A stretch of 45,574 bases of DNA from Bdellovibrionota bacterium (GTDB lineage Bacteria; Bdellovibrionota; UBA1018): NCBI GenBank assembly GCA_035291325.1, contig DATDSK010000183.1:1-45574 (forward strand), written 5' to 3'. The position numbers were made by a program, and so were the translations under genes. The notes under the pieces are model-generated. The model did no database searches. It was given only the letters and a program-made list of their open reading frames with translations, and was not told where the DNA came from. Positions 7,131-14,455 of this stretch are shown piece after piece (positions within the stretch are counted from its first letter, which is position 1; every line of letters begins with the position of its first letter).

Positions 7131-9089
7131 ATGGAGCAACATCAATTTAAGCTTTCTTTGACCGTGGGAACCAAGCTCCTTATCGGCGGGGTTCTGCTGC
7201 TGGTCATGGTGATCGGATTTTTGAATTTTTCGGCCATTTTCCTGCTGAAAGAAGACAAAAAAGCCTACGTTTACGAGTCCCAGGCCAGAGAATCTGTGCT
7301 CGCCGGTCGGGGATTCGCGAATTCGATCCGGCGTGTATTGGACACCTTGCGCCTTTCACTCGCCGCCATTGATCCCGCGAAGCTCGGCTCAGGCACACAG
7401 GAGACCGCGCAGTCGCTTTTTAGCTCCGAAAAGCGACTGCTGCAGCCCATCGCTGAAAACCAATCGGATGTTCCCGTCATTTCGCTCGGCCTTTTCAGGC
7501 CTGATACAGGGGCTGCGATCTCGGCCATTCAGGTTCTCAACAAAAGAGCCGTTGAGGAAGCTGAGCTGAAGGTTCCCGAGAACATGATCGGGACTATTCC
7601 GGCTGAGTCGATCAAGGAAGTCACTCCTGAACTTACGGCCAAAGGATATGCTTTCCTGAACCTCTCGAAAATTGGCGAGGTCCCCGTGCTCGGCGTGATT
7701 GCGGCCGATACGAAGTTTCGTGCCGGTGCCCAGGGACTCCCGGTCGCGATCGGTTTTGTTCCGATGCAGGAGTTTGTCAAACAGCTGGCCGGCATGAATA
7801 TGACCATCGCGACCCGGTCGGGACGCGTGCTCTTTGATTCGGACCCGGCGGTGTTTTTCACGGTCAGCAATATTGCCGGAGATCCTCTTTTCCAGGCCGC
7901 CCAGGCAAGCCAGCTCTCCTCGGGCGCGATTGAATATGAACTGGCGAATGTTCGCTATCTCGGGAGTTATCTCAACACGGGGCTGGACCTTATTGTCACG
8001 AATCGGATGCCCTGGCAGAAAGCAATGAAGGCGACCTACGCTTTGACCGAGAAGTTTATCCTTCTTGGTCTGATGGCGGTTGCCGTCGCCGTGATTTTCA
8101 CGATCCTGTTCTCGAAGACCCTGACCGCGCCGATCAACCGGCTTTATCTCGCTACCAAGGAAGTGGCAAAGGGGAACTTTAAACTGAATCTGAAAGCCCA
8201 GAGCCGGGACGAGATCGGCGCCTTGACGTCGTCCTTCAACGTGATGTCCGAGCAGATCAGCGAGCTGATTCAGGAAAAAATGCGGAAGATCCAGATCGAA
8301 AACGATCTGGCGATCGCGGCGACCGTGCAGCAGACGCTGATTCCTCCAGCCGCTTTTGTCGGGGACAGATTGCGGATTCAGAGTCTCTACCAATCGGCTG
8401 ACGAATGCGGCGGTGACTGGTGGGGGTTTTTCGGCGCTGGCGACAAGATGGCGGTCATGATCGCGGACGCGACGGGACATGGTTTGCCCTCCGCCTTGAT
8501 CACGGCTTCTGCCCGAAGTTGTTTCAGCGTTCTCAGCAAATTCGCGCAAGACAACCCGAAATTCAGTTTTTCACCCAAGGAGATGCTCGCCTACGCCAAC
8601 CGCGTGATTTACGATGCGTCGCAGGGCAAGATCATGATGACTTTTTTCGCCGGGACGATCGACTTTTCGGCCATGACTCTTACGTACGCGAGCGCCGGGC
8701 ACACGCCGCCCTGGCTTTTCCGGAAAGACGGGGCTTCGCACGCGCTGAAGAGCCTGGTCTCACGGGGCGTCCGTCTCGGGGAAGTCAGGGACTGCGATAA
8801 TTTCGACGAAAAGGTCGAATCGCTTCGCAAGAACGATATTCTTTTTCTCTACACCGACGGACTGCTCGAAGGCACGAACAAGGAAGGCGTCATGTACGGG
8901 AAAAAAAGGGCGCGTGAACTTTTCGAGCGGACCCTGAAAGAGGCCACGGAGAACCCGCTTGAGCGGGTGATCGAGGACCTGAAAAAGGATTTCATGCTTC
9001 ACAACACTGGCAAATCACTTGATGACGATCTCACGCTGGCTGCCATGATGATCGATCCTGAGGGCCCCGGGGGCTATGCGAAGGTTTGA
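7131..9089 (+). CDS. Membrane sensor PP2C phosphatase (TM, ~270 aa periplasmic Cache-like domain, TM, HAMP, SpoIIE/RsbU-type PP2C)
   Basis: Two hydrophobic segments: LLIGGVLLLVMVIGFLNF and FILLGLMAVAVAVIFTILF. HAMP-like PINRLYLATKEVAKGNF...EIGALTSSFNVM. PP2C motifs ECGGDWW, IADATGHGLPSAL, LFLYTDGL and DDLTLAAM. Confidence 0.85.
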   Translation: MEQHQFKLSLTVGTKLLIGGVLLLVMVIGFLNFSAIFLLKEDKKAYVYESQARESVLAGRGFANSIRRVLDTLRLSLAAIDPAKLGSGTQETAQSLFSSEKRLLQPIAENQSDVPVISLGLFRPDTGAAISAIQVLNKRAVEEAELKVPENMIGTIPAESIKEVTPELTAKGYAFLNLSKIGEVPVLGVIAADTKFRAGAQGLPVAIGFVPMQEFVKQLAGMNMTIATRSGRVLFDSDPAVFFTVSNIAGDPLFQAAQASQLSSGAIEYELANVRYLGSYLNTGLDLIVTNRMPWQKAMKATYALTEKFILLGLMAVAVAVIFTILFSKTLTAPINRLYLATKEVAKGNFKLNLKAQSRDEIGALTSSFNVMSEQISELIQEKMRKIQIENDLAIAATVQQTLIPPAAFVGDRLRIQSLYQSADECGGDWWGFFGAGDKMAVMIADATGHGLPSALITASARSCFSVLSKFAQDNPKFSFSPKEMLAYANRVIYDASQGKIMMTFFAGTIDFSAMTLTYASAGHTPPWLFRKDGASHALKSLVSRGVRLGEVRDCDNFDEKVESLRKNDILFLYTDGLLEGTNKEGVMYGKKRARELFERTLKEATENPLERVIEDLKKDFMLHNTGKSLDDDLTLAAMMIDPEGPGGYAKV

Positions 9090-10722
9090 ACTGAAAAACT
9101 GGGAGAAGGCTCTTATCGCCTTTTCCACCATCCTGTTCTGCCTGTCGGCAACCGTCTATGCGACGAACTTTCCGTTGTGGAAGTATTTCTATGGTTTTGA
9201 CACCGAAGCCGCACGGGAGAAGATCGGACGGCTTTCGACGAAAGAAGGGACGGTCCGTCGCGAGATTCTCGGCGAGGCGGAGTTCAAGTTCATCGATCTG
9301 GAAGCCGCGCTGTACGATCAGGACACGATTGTCACCGGCTCGGGGAGTGTTGCCCATCTGGAACTTGATGAAGGCAACACGATCGAGCTCGGGGCGAATG
9401 CGATGGTCCGGCTCGCGTTCGAGTCGCAGCTTTCGTTCGGGCGGATCGCGCGAACGCCCCGGATCGATGTCGTGGCCGGCGCGGTCGTTGGACGCGCGAA
9501 GAAGAAGCCCATGATTATCCGGTCAGGGCAAAACACGATTAAGATCGCCAAGGACGACACCCGGGTGCTCGAACCGCTGCCGCCGCCCATCCCATCTCCA
9601 GTTCCCCGGCCGCTCCCGTCACCCAGTCCTTCGGCAAGCCCGTCTCCGCTTCCTCTGCCGAGTCCGTCACCAAGCCCGTTACCGCTTCCTCTACCCAGTC
9701 CTTCGGCGAGTCCGTCTCCCGTTCCACCTGCATTTTCCCTGCGACGGCTGGATATTGTTTCGCCGCTTCCGGGCGCTTCGTTCGGCGTAAAGAAGTGGAG
9801 CCCAACGCAGGAAGTTCCCGTCCGGTTCGAGTGGAAGGTCGAGCCGCCCGACACTTCTTTGTTGCTGGTGATCAGAGCCGCGGGGCGTAGCAAGTCGTTG
9901 CACGAAGAGATCGTTCCTGCGCGGCGGGGCAAAGCCAGTTTCGTCTGGATCGCTCGTAAGCCAGGAAATTTCGAATGGGAGCTTCTGACGTCCAAACGCG
10001 AGCGTCTTCCTTTCGGGGAGAAAAAGGCAGGGTTCGTGATCCCGCCTGAATTCGAGGCCATTCAGATTTTAAATCCGCTGATCGCGGGTGAAAGTACGGC
10101 TTCCAATCTCATCAAAGACCGCGTCTTGAAGAAGTCCCTGGAGATCACGTTGCGATGGCAACCGCTTAACGGTATTCGGGAATATCGCGTTGCGATCTCG
10201 AAAACCGCTGGAGGCAAGCCTGACCTGGTCGATGAAACCGAAACTCCGAGTTTCACGCTCGTTCGCGAAAGAATAATCAACTCGGGGCGGATCTTTTATC
10301 AAGTGAGCGCGGAACTGGAGAATGGATTCATCGCCGTTTCCGAAACCAGTCCATTCATTTTTGATTTTCTTCCCCCGATTCTCACCTTGCCCAAGGACGA
10401 TGCCAGGTTGATTCCGGCCGCTGACGCGCCCGGAGGGGGCAATATTTTACTGACCTGGCAACATACGAACTTCACGGATGCGTATGAATTGGAGATCGCG
10501 AAGGATGAAAATTTCAACCAGGTGCATGAGAAGATGACACGAAAGCAGAATTTCCTGTCGCTGAAACGGCCGCCCGCGGGGCAATATTGGTGGCGCGTGA
10601 GAAGTCTTTCGAAGAACCTTTCCAGCGCTCCGAGCGCGGCCTTTAAATTCACGGTCGAGGAAGAACCGGGGGCAACGGGCGGAGCTGGCCGGGGCGCATC
10701 ACAGGACGCCGGCGGCGACTAA
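9076..10722 (+). CDS. Exported FecR-domain protein with a Pro/Ser-rich linker and C-terminal Ig/FN3-like repeats
   Basis: The ATG at 9076 overlaps the phosphatase 3' end by 14 nt. N-terminal hydrophobic anchor ALIAFSTILFCLSATVYA. FecR-like segment GTVRREILGEAEF...DTIVTGSGSVAHLELDEGNTIELGANAMVRL. PLPSPSPS linker. C-terminal YWWRVRS-type beta-sandwich signatures. Confidence 0.75.
   Translation: MRRFELKNWEKALIAFSTILFCLSATVYATNFPLWKYFYGFDTEAAREKIGRLSTKEGTVRREILGEAEFKFIDLEAALYDQDTIVTGSGSVAHLELDEGNTIELGANAMVRLAFESQLSFGRIARTPRIDVVAGAVVGRAKKKPMIIRSGQNTIKIAKDDTRVLEPLPPPIPSPVPRPLPSPSPSASPSPLPLPSPSPSPLPLPLPSPSASPSPVPPAFSLRRLDIVSPLPGASFGVKKWSPTQEVPVRFEWKVEPPDTSLLLVIRAAGRSKSLHEEIVPARRGKASFVWIARKPGNFEWELLTSKRERLPFGEKKAGFVIPPEFEAIQILNPLIAGESTASNLIKDRVLKKSLEITLRWQPLNGIREYRVAISKTAGGKPDLVDETETPSFTLVRERIINSGRIFYQVSAELENGFIAVSETSPFIFDFLPPILTLPKDDARLIPAADAPGGGNILLTWQHTNFTDAYELEIAKDENFNQVHEKMTRKQNFLSLKRPPAGQYWWRVRSLSKNLSSAPSAAFKFTVEEEPGATGGAGRGASQDAGGD
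9621..9728 (+). repeat. Three imperfect tandem 36-nt units encoding the Pro/Ser-rich linker (12-aa units PSPSASPSPLPL-like)
   Basis: The units start at 9621, 9657 and 9693. The first and third share ACCCAGTCCTTCGGC(A/G)AG(C/T)CCGTCTCC. The first and second share CCGCTTCCTCT at their ends. Confidence 0.7.
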
Positions 10723-10916
10723 GTTTTGGGGGCTTTAGGGCCGCCATCAAGACGTTTTGTGTCTCCGGCATCATCGATGTCCTTGCCCTCCAGACCTTTT
10801 TTAAAGGCACCAATGCCTTTTCCCAACGCGGCCCCGAGTTCCGGGAGCCGGCGGTGACCGAAAAGCAGTACGACAACGGCAACAATCAATAAGTGTCCAA
10901 GGCTGAGTCCAAACAT
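10719..10916 (-). CDS. tatA: Twin-arginine translocase subunit TatA/E
   Basis: 65 aa: MFGLSLGHLLIVAVVVLLFG...LPELGAALGKGIGAFKKG. This gives the single TM, amphipathic helix and charged tail that are canonical for TatA. Confidence 0.88.
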   Translation of the reverse strand: MFGLSLGHLLIVAVVVLLFGHRRLPELGAALGKGIGAFKKGLEGKDIDDAGDTKRLDGGPKAPKT

Positions 10917-11023
10917 GATTAGGCACTCTACAGGAGAGGCATTGGTAGCGTCAAACCCGATTCTGGGGTATGCACTTGGCCGTGGCTGCTTCGGAGCTTC
11001 TCTGCACGGTAAGTTCTTTCAAG

Positions 11024-11686
11024 ATGCTCACGGCAACGGTTTTCGAACTGAAATTCGACTCTGATCGCGAACTTCTTTTCAAGCCGGGCCAGTTCATCAG
11101 CCTTGTTATTCCAGGGCTTGGCCCTCACGGGAGGGACCTTCGGCGGGCATATTCGATCGCTTCAGCTCCGGGCAGCCAGCCGCTCGAACTTTGTATCAAG
11201 CGGGTGAGCGGTCCGGGCAGCCGTTTTCTCAGCGAACTTCGTCCGGGCGATCGGTTTCGGGCATTCGCGCCGTATGGCGATTTCGTTTTTCGCCCTAAGC
11301 CGGCCCGGTTCTGCTTCGTCACTACCGGGACCGGGATTGCCCCCGTTCGTTCGATGCTGCTTTCGTCCGAGTATCAATCAGAAGAACGGGCTGGCTCGAT
11401 CTGTCTTTTGGGAGTGCGCGAGGAGGGCGAAATATTGTTTCAGAATGAGCTTTCCAGCATTCCGGGGCTCCGGTTCGTCCCATGTATTTCGCAGCCCGGG
11501 TCCGGCTGGACAGGGTTTCGCGGCAGGGTCAGTGATTACGTGCGCCAACTCGGTTCCGAATTTCCCTGGACTGAAACGGAATTTTACCTCTGCGGCAATT
11601 CGCGGATGATCAGCGATCTAAAGGCCATCCTGTCCGAAAAGGGCGTCCAAAAAAGCGCGATTTATCAGGAAATCTATTATCGTTGA
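11024..11686 (+). CDS. FNR-like FAD/NAD(P)-binding oxidoreductase
   Basis: RRAYSIAS (RxYS FAD motif), TTGTGIAP (NAD(P) motif) and YLCGNSRMI near the C-terminus. The ATG at 11024 is preferred because the product then begins at the usual beta-barrel (TATVFELKF...PGQFISL). The ATG at 10970 is also possible. Confidence 0.8.
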   Translation: MLTATVFELKFDSDRELLFKPGQFISLVIPGLGPHGRDLRRAYSIASAPGSQPLELCIKRVSGPGSRFLSELRPGDRFRAFAPYGDFVFRPKPARFCFVTTGTGIAPVRSMLLSSEYQSEERAGSICLLGVREEGEILFQNELSSIPGLRFVPCISQPGSGWTGFRGRVSDYVRQLGSEFPWTETEFYLCGNSRMISDLKAILSEKGVQKSAIYQEIYYR

Positions 11687-11700
11687 AAGTGCCGCGAACA

Positions 11701-13314
11701 TCACGGGGCCAGGCTGAATGCGAAAAGCCGGTCATTGCCGACGACGTAAATTCTTCCATTTACGATAATCGGGTTTTGATGGCTTTGAACTCCGAAAATC
11801 CGATCGGCAGGACCTCCTCCTGCGAAAAGGACCTCGCCCGTTTCTCCGTCAAAAGCCTTCAGTTGCTGTTCGGCTTCCTTTCCGGGAGGAGCTTCACCAG
11901 CAGGTCCGACGGCCCAGACGATCGCGTTTGATTTGCCGTCCGGGCTCGAAACAATCGGCGACCCGAGCCCGTTCTGATTCGCACACCAGGCGATGCGAAC
12001 CTTCGGAGGCGTACCCGGGCTCACTCTGATCGCGGTCAGATCACCTGACTGCTCACCGGGACATCCGATCCCGCGGCCATTGAAGACGAGATAGCTCCCG
12101 TAGGAGGAGTTGTACTTCGCGGTCGCGGTGATCGCCGGACTGGTCGTCACGCGTTTCGCGAAAACCTGCTTTCCGACGCCCCCGAGCTTGTCCCTGTTCA
12201 CGAGGTAGGCGACGCCGTTTTTTCCGATCGAGATGAGAAGTTCCGAGGGATTTGAATTCGGAATATCGATCGGGGTCGGCGCAGTTCCGCCGAGCCCGCG
12301 ATCCCTTGTGTCCAGCGACCGCCAGTTTTTCGGCGTGAAGAAGTTGGTTCGATTCCGCTTGAAGGCGGCATTCGTGTCGAGGCGGAGAATCGCTTGTCCG
12401 TCATTCCATGCTGAGACACCGAAGGTGCTTCCGGTCGCGATGAACGCGGAAGTCCCGTCCGAGGTGATTCCAGCGGGAGCCCAGACTCCGCCGCCCCTGA
12501 CGCGCGTGGCCCAACTCTTCACGATAGCGGGATCGGAGATGGATACGGTCACGACCCAGCCGTGAAAGTTTCCGCATTCTCCGTGGTGTCCGGTGTAAGG
12601 CACGCAAAGAGTGTCGCCGACGAGCGCGAGCGCGCCTTGCTGGTTTTGAACGGAGGGATCAAAGCCGAATCGTTTGAAACGCGCGTTCGCGCCGACATCG
12701 ACCGGCCAGCCGCTCCGGATTGACCCGTCATCGACGGAGATCGCGAAGATCAGATGTTTCTTGGTGACACCTCCGTCAGGCGTCGTCATCGCATTCACGA
12801 ACAGAGTTCTCGATTCGGGGTCGATGATGGGCGTTCCCGTTATTCCAACGGGGTCGATGTTTCCGCAGGGGAGGTGGGATCGCGGGACGGGCGGGCCGAG
12901 TTTTTGCGACCAGACGTTGGCGCCGGAATTCGCCTCAACCGCCTGGACGAGATTCTGTTCGGTGCTGATGATGATGAGATCGCGAAGCCCGCCCGGAGTT
13001 TGGGCCGAGGGAAAGTAGAGCGGCTGGGCATAAACGGTGCCGTCGAGTTTCGCGACGAATGTGGGATCGAGACGAAGCGCTGAAACGGTGTTTCTGTTCA
13101 GAATGGGATCAACGTATAACCCATCGCGTGCCGCGCTGTTTTGGTGCTGAAGAACCGGGGTTCCCCCCGTCCTTTTGGTCGCGACGGCTGTTGCCGCGGT
13201 GCCCGCCGCGTTTTTCGGTGTACTGTCGGCGGGGTTTGGCGATTTTGGAAGCTTTTCCGTGCAGCCGGTCAGGACGAGCGCGACGAGAGACCACAGGATC
13301 AGTGAAACTTCCAT
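11701..13314 (-). CDS. PQQ-like beta-propeller repeat lipoprotein
   Basis: Lipobox LVLTGC at the N-terminus followed by a low-complexity tether. It has repeated propeller-type strands (VYAQPLYF, LIIISTEQNLVQAVEANSGANVW, GRIYVVGNDRLFAFSL). It has no CxxCH motif. Confidence 0.7.
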   Translation of the reverse strand: MEVSLILWSLVALVLTGCTEKLPKSPNPADSTPKNAAGTAATAVATKRTGGTPVLQHQNSAARDGLYVDPILNRNTVSALRLDPTFVAKLDGTVYAQPLYFPSAQTPGGLRDLIIISTEQNLVQAVEANSGANVWSQKLGPPVPRSHLPCGNIDPVGITGTPIIDPESRTLFVNAMTTPDGGVTKKHLIFAISVDDGSIRSGWPVDVGANARFKRFGFDPSVQNQQGALALVGDTLCVPYTGHHGECGNFHGWVVTVSISDPAIVKSWATRVRGGGVWAPAGITSDGTSAFIATGSTFGVSAWNDGQAILRLDTNAAFKRNRTNFFTPKNWRSLDTRDRGLGGTAPTPIDIPNSNPSELLISIGKNGVAYLVNRDKLGGVGKQVFAKRVTTSPAITATAKYNSSYGSYLVFNGRGIGCPGEQSGDLTAIRVSPGTPPKVRIAWCANQNGLGSPIVSSPDGKSNAIVWAVGPAGEAPPGKEAEQQLKAFDGETGEVLFAGGGPADRIFGVQSHQNPIIVNGRIYVVGNDRLFAFSLAP

Positions 13315-13480
13315 TCGTTACCTCGTACGGCTCGCGTGCACGGCATTTCGAATTCCGTACCAGCAGGCGATAAGCCTTCAGGGTTGAAAGGAATTTTCAC
13401 AAGATTACGCGGCGGGACAGTCCGCTTATTGCATCGGGCGGCCATGGCTCAGGCGAAAGCCGTAGAAGGGGGACCGTTTC

Positions 13481-14377
13481 ATGAAGAATATCCTGCTGCT
13501 CTTAATTCTCAGCGCGTTTGCCTCTGGTCGAGCATACGGTGCGATCGAGCGCGCCGCCGTGGACAAGTGCAAAGGCTGTCACGAAGGCGTTGTGAACAGC
13601 TTCCTGAGCGGAACGCATCACGGCAAAGCCTGGAGCAAGGACCAGACCGGTCCCAAGTACAATTGCGAGACTTGTCACGGCAACGGTGATCAGCACATCA
13701 ATGACAACAAGATCGAGTCGATCATCAGCTTTTCCAAAAAGTCCGCGCAAAAGCCCGGAAAGCTCAACGAAGTCTGCATGAATTGCCATGGCAAGAGCTC
13801 CGATCTCATGTTCTGGAGCGCCGGCAAACACAAACGCAATGACGTTGCTTGCTCGTCCTGTCATTCCATTCACAAGGAAAAACAGGTCAAGTCGGCATCC
13901 ACTTGCTTCAACTGTCACAAAGACATCCGGTCACAAGTGAATCGTTTTTCTCACCATCCGATTCTCGAAGGAAAAGTGACCTGCGTTGATTGTCATAACC
14001 CGCATGGAACCCTGGCGCACGGAATGATCCGGGCCGAGACGAATAACCAGCTTTGTTACCGTTGCCACGCTGACAAACGCGGACCGTTTGTTTTCGAACA
14101 TCCTCCGGTCGAGGAAAACTGCATGTCCTGCCATAACCCGCACGGCAGCCAGCATTTTCACCTCCTGACCCAAAAGCTCCCGAACCTCTGTCAGGATTGT
14201 CATGATTTCAGCCGGCATCCGGGCACCCCTTACGACGCGAAAAAGGGCTTTCGCGGAACGAGGGACAACAAGCTCATCGCTAGGAGCTGTTTGAATTGCC
14301 ATGACCGGATTCACGGAAGCATGGCTCCGCATAATCCGGCTTTTCCGGACAACAGCGGGAAGGTTTTCACCCGATGA
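13481..14377 (+). CDS. mtrA: Periplasmic decahaem c-type cytochrome, MtrA/DmsE/PioA/MtoA family
   Basis: Sec signal peptide MKNILLLLILSAFASGRAYG-A. Ten CxxCH motifs in 298 aa: CKGCH, CETCH, CMNCH, CSSCH, CFNCH, CVDCH, CYRCH, CMSCH, CQDCH, CLNCH. The stretch CYRCHADKRGPFVFEHPPVEENCMSCHNPHGS...RSCLNCHDRIHGS closely parallels Shewanella MtrA as I recall it. Confidence 0.92.
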   Translation: MKNILLLLILSAFASGRAYGAIERAAVDKCKGCHEGVVNSFLSGTHHGKAWSKDQTGPKYNCETCHGNGDQHINDNKIESIISFSKKSAQKPGKLNEVCMNCHGKSSDLMFWSAGKHKRNDVACSSCHSIHKEKQVKSASTCFNCHKDIRSQVNRFSHHPILEGKVTCVDCHNPHGTLAHGMIRAETNNQLCYRCHADKRGPFVFEHPPVEENCMSCHNPHGSQHFHLLTQKLPNLCQDCHDFSRHPGTPYDAKKGFRGTRDNKLIARSCLNCHDRIHGSMAPHNPAFPDNSGKVFTR

Positions 14378-14416
14378 TCGAGCCGAACGAGAACCCCGAC
14401 CACAGCCCCCGACCGC

Positions 14417-14449
14417 TAGTAAGCCCCTAGTAAGCCCCTAGTAAGGAGG
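14417..14449 (+). repeat. Three tandem 11-nt units (TAGTAAGCCCC, TAGTAAGCCCC, TAGTAAGGAGG); the last unit merges into the Shine-Dalgarno sequence
   Basis: Read directly from the sequence, with units starting at 14417, 14428 and 14439. An 11-nt period puts TAG-TAA in each of the three forward frames. Confidence 0.9.
14443..14449 (+). promoter_or_regulatory. Shine-Dalgarno AAGGAGG for the MtrB-like gene
   Basis: Perfect SD 6 nt upstream of the ATG at 14456. Confidence 0.75.
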
Positions 14450-14455
14450 ACGAGC

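Noticed and set aside
9574-9729. The repetitive DNA in the Pro/Ser-rich region as a CRISPR-like or mobile repeat.
   Set aside because: The units are contiguous, with no spacers, and in frame within a long ORF. They simply encode a PS-rich linker. This is a coding tandem repeat, not an array or an insertion.
10977-10991. A sigma-54-like promoter (TGGCCGTGGCTGCTT) upstream of the FNR-like gene.
   Set aside because: The GG to GC spacing is two nucleotides shorter than the TGGCAC-N5-TTGC consensus, and no enhancer-binding protein gene is nearby.
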